Shown here: piece by piece, positions 39,229 to 48,044 of the stretch | How positions within the stretch are numbered: position 1 is the stretch's first letter | How the letters are laid out: every line of letters starts with the position of its first letter | Assembly: GCA_964624045.1 (NCBI GenBank) | Contig: CAZUXC010000001.1 | Location: 24,662-88,661 of the forward strand | Reading direction: 5' to 3' | Length of the DNA: 64,000 nucleotides | Origin: an uncultured Methanospirillum sp. | Lineage (GTDB): Archaea; Halobacteriota; Methanomicrobia; Methanomicrobiales; Methanospirillaceae | The notes under the pieces: generated by a model | Databases searched by the model: none | What the model was told of the DNA's origin: nothing | Seen by the model: the letters and a program-made list of their open reading frames with translations, nothing else | Made by a program: the position numbers and the translations under genes

Positions 39229-40232
39229 ATATGGGCTTACTTGATCGATTTAAAAAGAAAGATGAGGTTTTACTTAGCCCAGAGGAGGAAGCTGCGAGGA
39301 GAATTCTTGATAAGATAGAACTTCACCGGGAGTATTCAGAAGGAAATCTTCGGATCATCAGACATCCGATACGAACTCTGACCGAAAAACCAGTGAATAT
39401 TCTTTTTGCGTCCGTACCTATAGGAATCATTGTCTTCATCCTTGGATTTGCCATGGCAATTCAGGAAGGGGGAATTGAATCACTTCTGACGAAATCATTC
39501 ATTGACGATGTTGTAGTCATTACCCTACTGGTTATTCTTACTCCTCTTGTCATTCTGGATCTCCGGGAAGCACGAAGAGTAAGAAGCATCGAAACCGCTC
39601 TTCCGAATTTTTTCAGAGATCTCGCAGGAATGCACGAGAGTGGGATGACTCTGCAGGGAGCAGTTCATCTGGTTTCGATGAGTGAATATGGAGCCCTGAC
39701 ACCCCATATCAGACAGATGGATCAACGAATATCCTGGAATTTCCCATTCATTGATGCGGTCAGAGCACTTGGTGATGAGATCCCGATCCCCCTGGTCCGT
39801 CGAAGTGTAGATCTTATCGCCAGAGCAAGCGAAGCAGGAGGAGACATTGTTGAAGTTCTTCGAGCTGCAGCAAAAGATTCGTTTGAGTATGTTACCCAGA
39901 ACACAGACCGTCGCAATAATATGTTCATCTATGTGGTCATCGTTCTTGCATCATTTGGAGTATTTCTCTTCGTGATGCTTATCCTTGTCTCCTCATTTCT
40001 TAAAACCATGGCTGATCTCGGTACAACAAGTGCATCCGGTGCTCCGGGATTTAATATGGGAGCATTCGACCTGGCATTATATATCAGGATTTTTTCTCAT
40101 GGAGCCATGTTTCAGGGATTTTTCTCTGGTCTGGTAGCAGGGGTTATGGGGGAAGGCAGGGTTACTGCCGGGCTCAAATATTCAGTTATTATGCTCCTCA
40201 TCGCCTGGATTGTTTTCAGAGTGGCTGTCTGA
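39222..40232 (+). CDS. Second T2SS F-family (TadC-like) platform protein
   Basis: IETALPNFFRDLAGMHESGMTL, YGALTP, AGGDIVEVL, QGFFSGLVAGVMGEG...AGLKYS. Confidence 0.9.
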   Translation: MVNMGLLDRFKKKDEVLLSPEEEAARRILDKIELHREYSEGNLRIIRHPIRTLTEKPVNILFASVPIGIIVFILGFAMAIQEGGIESLLTKSFIDDVVVITLLVILTPLVILDLREARRVRSIETALPNFFRDLAGMHESGMTLQGAVHLVSMSEYGALTPHIRQMDQRISWNFPFIDAVRALGDEIPIPLVRRSVDLIARASEAGGDIVEVLRAAAKDSFEYVTQNTDRRNNMFIYVVIVLASFGVFLFVMLILVSSFLKTMADLGTTSASGAPGFNMGAFDLALYIRIFSHGAMFQGFFSGLVAGVMGEGRVTAGLKYSVIMLLIAWIVFRVAV

Positions 40233-40262
40233 TATATTATTGGATTTCCTTTTTCCAGAGTT

Positions 40263-42320
40263 TTAAAGGCTGTCAGATGTCTCATCAACATCACGGGGCA
40301 GTCCCTGACTCGATGGCCGAAATATACCATCAGGAATTGTAATAATAAATTCTGCACCGATACCATAAGTTCCCCGTTCACAAATCCTCATCCCCGTAAG
40401 ATCAAGTACCTCTTTTACAAAAAAGAGCCCCCAACCAGTTCCAGTCCCTACCCCCCTTTCGAAGATACGTTCTTTCATGGTATCAGGAATCCCTCCCCCG
40501 TCATCTTCATAGATGACTAGGAGATCTGAACCATCACGCTTTGAGGATACTGTAATATAAAAAACGTCTTTTCCATGTCGCAGAGTATTATCGATAAGAT
40601 TGTAGAAGACTTTCTGAAGGAGTTGATCCGCGTAAATCTCATAATCTTCTCCAGTAATGGAAAAAGTGAGCCCTCTCCTTCTTGACATGGCATAAGCGAG
40701 ATTCCAGGTTGTTCGGACATCCTGCCACCGGGGCTCTTCAATTCCTGCCTTCTGATACTCTTTGGAGAACTCGATATGCTTGTTAATCTTCTCAGCTGCA
40801 TCCTCCGCCCCCCCAATTAATTGAATCAGGGAAGAGTCAGTATTTTTTCGTTTTATTAGCCCTATCATCCCCCTGATGGTAGTAAGCTGATTGACAATAT
40901 CATGTCGGGTCATGCTCCCTAAAAGGGCTAATTTTTTGTTTGATAATAATAATTCCCGCTCTGCAGTTCGAAATTGAGTAATATCTGTGATAACACAGAG
41001 TTTCCCCATCTTCCCGGTATCAAGAGGATATGGAGCCAGAGTCACCCTGACCCAGAGATCCTTTCCCCCAGACGTTTTGGTGTGAATTTCATGGTGTCCC
41101 TGATCAATATTGGTAATACACTGACCATTCTGATTTTCTGATTCCCCTTCTTTGAAAAGATCCTCAAGACATGTTCCATTCAGAGCATGAGGTGTAGTTT
41201 CAAACATGGTTCCGACGGTTGCATTCGCAAACCAGATGAGGTTGTCAGGACCGACTAGGCAGATACCCTCTTCAACCAGTTCTACCAACCGGGCCAGACG
41301 ATGTTCCGAGGTAAGGCGCTCCCGGTGAGATGCCTCAAGAGATCCAATCATCGAGTTGATCGAAGAAGTCAAATCTCCAATCTCATCATCCCTGTTAAGC
41401 GGTATTCTTCCAGAGAGGGAACCAGATCTCCCAATGGAGAGAAGATCCCGATTCAAATCCTGTAGAGGAGTAATAATGATCCGATTCAAAAGCCATGAGG
41501 CGAGTCCCATAAAAAGGAGAGTCAAAAGAAGAAGTGAAGTTATCAGAAATGCCCGGGAGTAAAGCCCACTTTTGTTCAGATCCTCTCGTTCATGAATCTT
41601 TAGGAGAAGAACCGGTTTTCCCGTAATGTCATTGATCACTTTCTGACTACTGGAAACCGGCATATCAGGTAAAGCAGGTGAGATGTTACCAGAGGAAAGT
41701 AGCAGAGGAGTAATAGTTATGTTCTGCAAAACATTCCGCGACATATCAGAGATCATCCCGTTGTCCAGAGGGTTGATAATAACTACAACACCCCGGGAAG
41801 GCCCCTCCATATCAGAATTCAAAATATCATGGGAGGCAACCATCAGAGGGGAATCATTACCCATAAGAATGCCGGAGTACCCATCTTTTGGAGGGTGAAG
41901 AAGGGATGAATGCAATATGATCTGATTCAGGGATTCTGAAATTGGGAGAGCATATTTATCATTCCAGTTTTTTACTATACCCCCTACAATAGAGCCATTC
42001 GTATCATATAATGCAATTGCGTAGATGTTTTGCCCTTTTAGAGCCGAAGGCACAAAATTTGAGGAGAGGTAACTAGAATTCCCGGACTCCATAAATGAAT
42101 ATGTATCATCCCAGATCCCCCAATCCCGGGAAATCCCAGCCAGACGAGATGATTCTGAAAAGATTACATTTTCTGCTCTCTGGAGATCTTCAGAGATGTA
42201 ATCACGCTCAAGCGATGAAAGACTGCCCATCACCGTTAATTCAAATGTGACGAGAAGAATAGCAGCAACAGCCAGAACAGTGATCCCAACAATGAGGATA
42301 GTTTGTGCATATAACCGCAT
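40263..42320 (-). CDS. Sensor histidine kinase: CHASE4-HAMP-PAS-HisKA-HATPase
   Basis: TM1, DWGIWDDTYSF (CHASE4), TM2, HAMP (DEIGDLTSSINSM), PAS, H-box RHDIVNQL, N-box NLIDNTLRHG, DDGGGI, GTGWGL. Confidence 0.92.
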   Translation of the reverse strand: MRLYAQTILIVGITVLAVAAILLVTFELTVMGSLSSLERDYISEDLQRAENVIFSESSRLAGISRDWGIWDDTYSFMESGNSSYLSSNFVPSALKGQNIYAIALYDTNGSIVGGIVKNWNDKYALPISESLNQIILHSSLLHPPKDGYSGILMGNDSPLMVASHDILNSDMEGPSRGVVVIINPLDNGMISDMSRNVLQNITITPLLLSSGNISPALPDMPVSSSQKVINDITGKPVLLLKIHEREDLNKSGLYSRAFLITSLLLLTLLFMGLASWLLNRIIITPLQDLNRDLLSIGRSGSLSGRIPLNRDDEIGDLTSSINSMIGSLEASHRERLTSEHRLARLVELVEEGICLVGPDNLIWFANATVGTMFETTPHALNGTCLEDLFKEGESENQNGQCITNIDQGHHEIHTKTSGGKDLWVRVTLAPYPLDTGKMGKLCVITDITQFRTAERELLLSNKKLALLGSMTRHDIVNQLTTIRGMIGLIKRKNTDSSLIQLIGGAEDAAEKINKHIEFSKEYQKAGIEEPRWQDVRTTWNLAYAMSRRRGLTFSITGEDYEIYADQLLQKVFYNLIDNTLRHGKDVFYITVSSKRDGSDLLVIYEDDGGGIPDTMKERIFERGVGTGTGWGLFFVKEVLDLTGMRICERGTYGIGAEFIITIPDGIFRPSSQGLPRDVDETSDSL

Positions 42321-42428
42321 TCTTAGCCACCTAAATTCTCCAGATTAAGGATCCGTTCTCAAAACGAAAGCATTATGAAAGACCAGGGATTCAGAATTTT
42401 ATCCTCATCCGGGCCTTTAGGGTCTAGG

Positions 42429-43877
42429 TCACGCAAGTTCCACAATGTGAGAAGACTCCGGTTCTCGTACCTGAAATGCGAATGTATGAAGATTTCCATT
42501 ATCCGTTAAAACAACACCGGAGTAATCCCCAAACAAAAGTTGAAAGCTTACCTGACCAGAACCCGAGGTAATATCATTGCCTACGATCTTTCCTCCACTT
42601 TTTATCGTGATTCGTATCCCAGAGACAGGTTTTCCACTCTTTCGAAGGTCGAGAGTGATATTTCCAATACCCTTCCTCACAGAGATTTCAGGTATGGCAT
42701 AGGTATTTGGAGCACGGATGTGGCTTTTATCATAGATGCGACAACCAGTAATAAAGCGGGTGGCAATCTCCGCAGGCGTGGGATACAGAGTAAACTGATG
42801 ACTATCTTTGAGAAAAAGAGTACTTTTATCCCCATATAGTACCCCGGATCGATCAATATAAATTCCTCCTTCGGGTTCCCCATTCAGAAATATCAAAAAC
42901 GCCCGATGCCCATCCTGGCCAGTTGCCGATGCGATACCATCGGTTTTAGAGCTCCGTGCATGTCGCACTAGATCTGGTAATGAAAAAGATCCTGCTGGAC
43001 GGGTATTTTCAATGATAAAGTTTAGAGGAACATTCTCATCGAAATCCCCTAAATCACGGGGAATATCAGTAGCTTTCTCCTGATATTTCTCTTCATACTG
43101 CCTGATATCATCCCGGGCCTGGTCTCGGACACTGATATCCCGCCCAGTTGCTTTACAGCTGACAAGTATTCCATCTGAAGAGAAGACACCCTCAATGTGC
43201 CAGGAAAAGGTCAGAGATCTTCCATCAGGAGAGTTCAATGTCTGTTGCAGTTCTACGGTGGACGATTCAGGATTGAGGAGGCTGATAGCACTCTGAAGTT
43301 CATCCTGATCCTCATATGAGAGATCTGAGAGAAATTTCCTCCCAATCATATCGGTGGGTCCAAACCCATAGAGTGATGAGAATGCCTCATTCGAGCGGAT
43401 TATTGTCAAATCCGGAAGAAAATCTACAATCAACTCATTCTGCACACTGAGGACAGAATGATAGAGTTGTTCCCGGGCAGCCAGCTCTTCCTGCACGTCT
43501 TTCCGATCAGCAACCTGAATAATCCTCTGCTCAAGGATGCTGAACTGCTCAAAGGGATCACTCCCCTTTCGAATATAATAGTCAGCACCATGATTGAGTG
43601 CTTCAATTACCACTTCTTCTTTTCCTTTTCCGGTAAAGAGAAGAAATGGGATGTTGCCAAAATTTTTGCGTATATACTTCAGGAGGGAAACCCCGTCCAT
43701 ATCCTGCATCTGATAATCCGATACAACAACCTGGAAGGTAGCTTTTCCCAGAGCCTCTATGGCTTCCCGGCCTGAACTAACACAGGTGAGCTCAACCTTA
43801 CCGGAGTGTCCTAAATATTCCTGGGCAAGCATCAGATGCGGGATCTCGTCATCGACATATAGGACCTGAATGGGCAT
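42429..43877 (-). CDS. Response regulator: REC-PAS-DUF4388/PATAN-like-beta-sandwich
   Basis: REC intact (VDDE, D54 in SDYQM, FTG, YIRK); PAS aa ~140-250; FSLPDL..SKTDGI..IFLNGE..LYGD pattern at aa ~297-368; prealbumin-like C-terminus. Confidence 0.8.
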   Translation of the reverse strand: MPIQVLYVDDEIPHLMLAQEYLGHSGKVELTCVSSGREAIEALGKATFQVVVSDYQMQDMDGVSLLKYIRKNFGNIPFLLFTGKGKEEVVIEALNHGADYYIRKGSDPFEQFSILEQRIIQVADRKDVQEELAAREQLYHSVLSVQNELIVDFLPDLTIIRSNEAFSSLYGFGPTDMIGRKFLSDLSYEDQDELQSAISLLNPESSTVELQQTLNSPDGRSLTFSWHIEGVFSSDGILVSCKATGRDISVRDQARDDIRQYEEKYQEKATDIPRDLGDFDENVPLNFIIENTRPAGSFSLPDLVRHARSSKTDGIASATGQDGHRAFLIFLNGEPEGGIYIDRSGVLYGDKSTLFLKDSHQFTLYPTPAEIATRFITGCRIYDKSHIRAPNTYAIPEISVRKGIGNITLDLRKSGKPVSGIRITIKSGGKIVGNDITSGSGQVSFQLLFGDYSGVVLTDNGNLHTFAFQVREPESSHIVELA

Positions 43878-43975
43878 ATTTGAGCCTATGGTGTTAGTTT
43901 AGTGTTCGGAGTGATAATTGTTTCCTTGTCTCAAATCAATCCAGGAGAGATACATTTCTGATCTATTGATATCAT

Positions 43976-44007
43976 AAGAAAAACAGAATCGGGGAAATAT
44001 CCCCTAT
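43976..44007 (-). terminator. Hairpin plus U-tract terminator candidate ending the pilin array
   Basis: GGGG-AAATAT-CCCC at 43991-44004, followed on - by TTCTGTTTTTCTT. Confidence 0.45.
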
Positions 44008-44071
44008 TTACAAAAAATGACACTTTGGAGACATTAGAATGGAGAAATAGAAAGAAAGGTGAGATTTAAGT

Positions 44072-46210
44072 TTAATGTTGAACATTAAACGAACTGCTTA
44101 CAGCGTACATGGAATTTCCCGCAGCATCATATGCAATGACTTTAAATTTCGCATTGGAATAAGAGCGCCCAGGAGTCCAGGAATATGAATCAGTCTTTGT
44201 TTGCCCGGCTGTCGTTGTCCAGGAACTGCTTCTAAGAATATATGGATAGGTAGATCCTCCATCATCAGAAAGACGTATCTCAATCTTTGTTACCCCGAAA
44301 TTGTCACTGGCAGTCCATCCAATAATTACGGGTTTGGTTTTATTCTGCTGAGACCGGGTAATTCCACTCACACTTGGGGGGGTCGTATCAGGAGCCGGAG
44401 TTACCGTCGGAGCCGGAGTGGGTGTTGGGGTTGGAACCACATTCAGGGAGACATTGCCATTCACATAGAACTCCACATCATTATAATCCTTATCACCACC
44501 CCCATAGAAATCCTCAAACGTGATGAGATATTTGTGATAGGTTCCTGTAGAATTTTTCAAGGATATCGCCCCATGAACTATCCCATCCGGGTTTCTGGAT
44601 GCCGGGCCGGTTTTATAGGTGCGTCCATTTGCAACATCAGCAAAGATGAGTTCCTGATTTGTTGCGAATTTTCCCAACGTCCAGCTGGTTCCAACTTTGG
44701 TTGTCTTTGAGTTCCCGAGGGCGACGGTACGGGGACTATCCAATCGGAATACATTTTCATATCCTGCATCAGAGAAAGCGAAGTCCACTGATACGTCCGT
44801 AGTATCATCAGCAGCATATAACTGTGCCCCGACACCGCCTTCATTTATCGGAATGACGGTTGGTGATACCGTTGGTGTGGGTGTGGGTGTTGGAGTGACT
44901 TCAACTGCTTTTGCCACTACACCAAAATCGACTTGAGGAGGATTCTTCTTGTCCTGACCGGTTAGTTTATTATCATAATTCAGATACGAATTATTGGTAT
45001 AGTAGCCACTTGGAAGATCTGCGATAAGATCAAACGCCCAGCCAGACATCTGAATGCATCTTGAATTCCATCCACCAGTCTGTAAAGGAGTGTACAAGTC
45101 TACAAAATTCTCCACATTTGGATTATTCTTATATCTTCCCGTCAGGTTTACTTTGCCTTCAGTGAATCCGGGCTCACCCGCATCTTTTAGACCATTATTA
45201 TTGGTATCATAGTACATATATCCCCAGATGCAGGTTTCTGATGCACCACAACTGCACTTCACCGAATCACATTTGGCAATAGCACTTACCGAGTTTCCTA
45301 GCCTCCATTGGATCCAGTTTTTAAAGGGCACCGTAAATGAACGGGATGCTTTGCTACTTTCACTATTTGCCAGAAACTCTTTTGGCTGACCCATGTCCTT
45401 TTTGAGATAGTTGAAATCTCCAGTTCCAATGCCAACAAACTCATTCCAGGGTTGTGGGCAGGAGGTATTTCTTATTGGATTTCCATTCTCATCGATTATC
45501 GAGGCTTCTCCAGTACATGGGGAGACCTTCAGAGTCATGTCAAGAGTGTTATCATAATAAAAGGTAGCATTACAGAACCCGTAATCCCCACTAGACACAG
45601 AATTATTCTCTAGCACCGGGGTGAACTTTCCCGTCATCAGCTCCTTCATGGATGCTTCCTGAACAGAGCTAGTTGTGTCATTATAACTCGTCTCATCTTT
45701 TACCCGATCAAAATACTGCGTCCCTGTCCCACCCGGACCTGTCTGACCGTTGTTTAGAATAATAATTCCTTTTGGAATATCTCCTTCAGTCTCATTTATC
45801 CCTTTATTGACGATCACCTTTGCAATCATCCCGGGTCCAAAAGAACTGATGCTTTCCCAATTGTATTTGATACCTCCACTTGGCGACAATGACGATTTGG
45901 CGCTACACTCTGGGGGCTCTTTGGTATATACCTCCACAGCATCCGGGCTCACAGTTTGACCGTTTCGCTTTAAAACTTTAAATTCAGTGGAATCTGTGGG
46001 AAATGATTCTCCTGCATCGTGTTTGACGATAACTTCATACGATGATTCGCATTCAACACAATATGACCCTGTAGTTGCCGTGGGAAATTTTACCCCCTGA
46101 TCAGGTGATGAGCCCATTAGATATGTACCAATTACAGCAAAGGCCACAACAACTATTCCAATTAAAAATACTGCACCAAGAACTTCAGAAACTGCTCTAT
46201 CATACCTCAT
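44072..46210 (-). CDS. Giant type IV pilin-like adhesin (class III signal peptide, DUF1628-like, SdrD-B-like, DUF4114-like, Ig-like)
   Basis: MRYDRA/VSEVLG plus hydrophobic helix; IVKHDAGE; GYMYYDTNNNGLKDAGEPG; FEDFYGGGDKDYND; two PT linkers; DTTPP..WTASDNFGV. Confidence 0.8.
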   Translation of the reverse strand: MRYDRAVSEVLGAVFLIGIVVVAFAVIGTYLMGSSPDQGVKFPTATTGSYCVECESSYEVIVKHDAGESFPTDSTEFKVLKRNGQTVSPDAVEVYTKEPPECSAKSSLSPSGGIKYNWESISSFGPGMIAKVIVNKGINETEGDIPKGIIILNNGQTGPGGTGTQYFDRVKDETSYNDTTSSVQEASMKELMTGKFTPVLENNSVSSGDYGFCNATFYYDNTLDMTLKVSPCTGEASIIDENGNPIRNTSCPQPWNEFVGIGTGDFNYLKKDMGQPKEFLANSESSKASRSFTVPFKNWIQWRLGNSVSAIAKCDSVKCSCGASETCIWGYMYYDTNNNGLKDAGEPGFTEGKVNLTGRYKNNPNVENFVDLYTPLQTGGWNSRCIQMSGWAFDLIADLPSGYYTNNSYLNYDNKLTGQDKKNPPQVDFGVVAKAVEVTPTPTPTPTVSPTVIPINEGGVGAQLYAADDTTDVSVDFAFSDAGYENVFRLDSPRTVALGNSKTTKVGTSWTLGKFATNQELIFADVANGRTYKTGPASRNPDGIVHGAISLKNSTGTYHKYLITFEDFYGGGDKDYNDVEFYVNGNVSLNVVPTPTPTPAPTVTPAPDTTPPSVSGITRSQQNKTKPVIIGWTASDNFGVTKIEIRLSDDGGSTYPYILRSSSWTTTAGQTKTDSYSWTPGRSYSNAKFKVIAYDAAGNSMYAVSSSFNVQH

Positions 46211-46409
46211 TTTTCTATTCCCCCTTTGGAATGATGCAACATATTCCTGCAATAGTATTTAATAGTATGGGAGAATATTATTAATGAATTTTAATATTTT
46301 AAAATTGTACTCTCCATATTTAAATGCTCCCCAATTACCCCTCAATAGGATCCATATTAAAGTCCTACGAATTCGCAAATAAAATTGAAGACAGTCCTAT
46401 TGGGAGGAT

Positions 46410-47303
46410 TTAATATGCAAGACAGGTTACTTGTCTCGTTGACATACTGCCTAAATTATAAACAACTTTCCCTTTGAACTTCGTAATTCTCACTGCAACA
46501 GCTCCCGACATTTCCGGTTCAAATGAACTTTTGGGAGTGCCATTGAGTTCCCAGGTTGAATAAAACCCCTCTACTGGTTCGAGAAAATTCCACATGCTCT
46601 GAAGCCTGTTCCCATAGGCAAATTCTCGGGTGCTCTGACCGGTATTTTTGTAACCAAATTCGACATCACAACCATCCGCTGACCATGATGAGACAGAACT
46701 CACGTATGGGACCATATCAAACATTACCGGATCCGTGTTGTTTAATACAATATATCCAGTGCCGGTGTTTGGACTTGTGATATTGCGGACATAGGATACT
46801 CTAAGTTGAGAAACCGTAGAATATCCAAATGAAGATGGTTCTTGAACCAGAATTGTTGTGGGGAGTTCACTTACTCCCCCCACATAACTGAATTTTAATG
46901 ACTTTCCAGTACTCAGGGTTCCACTTGCTCCAGGCCAGGTATCCCCTGTTACCCCATCACAGGAATAGGGAGGCTTGCCATTTGGATCGCTAATACGAGG
47001 AAAGAGTGTGATATTACTCACGGGATCAATAATCAATGCAGAATTATTTTGAATAACACTAACCCGAAGACCACTAAGGTCGACAATCTGACCACCTTCG
47101 TGATCAATAAGAATATCATACTGGGTAGGATTCAGATTCGGACAATAACTACACTTCACCCCAAGGACCGCCTTGAGAGAACTCGAAGGAGGAGGGATTG
47201 AGAGGAGCATAACTGTTATGATTGTCAGTCCGGTCATCAACATGGTAACGAGAAGTAATGCACCGACAATCTCAGATACAGCAGCCTCCCTAGGTGTGCA
47301 CAT
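46410..47303 (-). CDS. Type IV pilin-like protein (DUF1628-like)
   Basis: REAA/VSEIVGALLLV plus hydrophobic helix; ILIDHEGG; ends in a domain resembling the middle of the giant pilin (FGYKN; NLGSM vs FYYDN; RLGNS). Confidence 0.8.
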   Translation of the reverse strand: MCTPREAAVSEIVGALLLVTMLMTGLTIITVMLLSIPPPSSSLKAVLGVKCSYCPNLNPTQYDILIDHEGGQIVDLSGLRVSVIQNNSALIIDPVSNITLFPRISDPNGKPPYSCDGVTGDTWPGASGTLSTGKSLKFSYVGGVSELPTTILVQEPSSFGYSTVSQLRVSYVRNITSPNTGTGYIVLNNTDPVMFDMVPYVSSVSSWSADGCDVEFGYKNTGQSTREFAYGNRLQSMWNFLEPVEGFYSTWELNGTPKSSFEPEMSGAVAVRITKFKGKVVYNLGSMSTRQVTCLAY

Positions 47304-47417
47304 CGTATTCTATCGATATGTACCTATCCCAATGATAAAGATATCACTAATTCCTTGGCACTCTCAAAAGGAGATCATAATAAAGATTCATGCCAAAAAA
47401 AGAAAGATTTACAATTA

Positions 47418-48044
47418 TTAAAATTTCTTACTGACAAGCACATACTCATTACCAGATCGATAATCCTGATAATTAATAATAACGATGTTGGGTGGCTCGG
47501 TAATCGGCAACCGCATTACTTCCCCTGCTTTAAATTGACCAGTAGTTAAATCCCGATGAAATGTCGTTTGATTCTCATAAATATCGTATTTTTTGGGAAT
47601 TATTTTTCCATTTATGCGTATTGACAATTGATCAATATTCAGCGAATCACCCCCGTTATGACAAATAAATAACATATTACAGGAACTAAGAATCGTTTTA
47701 TTGACGCAATTTGGTTGCTCTTCACACTGAGCCATACAAGTTTTATATTGGGGATTGCTAACTGCAGGACAGGCATTTTTACAAGCGCCATAATTTATAG
47801 AAACATTATGGTCACAACTGATCATCCCCGTACGACATGAGAAATCACAGGGTATTCTTGGATCAGTACAATTACTATTACCAGTGCCATTTCCACAACC
47901 AATTTCTATATTGATATAAGGAGGGGAGGATGTTGGAATTTGACCAATCCATTGGGCACCAATAATCCCAATAACTATGGCAATTATCCCAGTAAGGACA
48001 ATTGCTCCAATCATCTCTGCAGAACCCTGATCTCTCGTTACCAT
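47418..48044 (-). CDS. Cys-rich type IV pilin-like protein (DUF1628-like)
   Basis: DQG/SAEMIG plus hydrophobic helix; ICHNGGDSL; FKAGEVM; 12 Cys in aa 50-128. Confidence 0.78.
   Translation of the reverse strand: MVTRDQGSAEMIGAIVLTGIIAIVIGIIGAQWIGQIPTSSPPYINIEIGCGNGTGNSNCTDPRIPCDFSCRTGMISCDHNVSINYGACKNACPAVSNPQYKTCMAQCEEQPNCVNKTILSSCNMLFICHNGGDSLNIDQLSIRINGKIIPKKYDIYENQTTFHRDLTTGQFKAGEVMRLPITEPPNIVIINYQDYRSGNEYVLVSKKF

Noticed and set aside
35606-40232. Archaellum (arl/fla) operon
   Set aside because: No archaellins or ArlC/D/E/F/G; two separate TadC-like genes and DUF1628-type pilins indicate a pilus.
44390-44900. Short tandem DNA repeats (GGTGT/GGAGT) as CRISPR or VNTR
   Set aside because: They encode Pro/Thr linkers inside the adhesin; no repeat-spacer periodicity.
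47650-47700. Cytochrome-type pilin (conductive nanowire)
   Set aside because: The CH in ICHNGG is part of the pilin HxGGD motif and is not CxxCH; no heme motifs in any of the four pilins.
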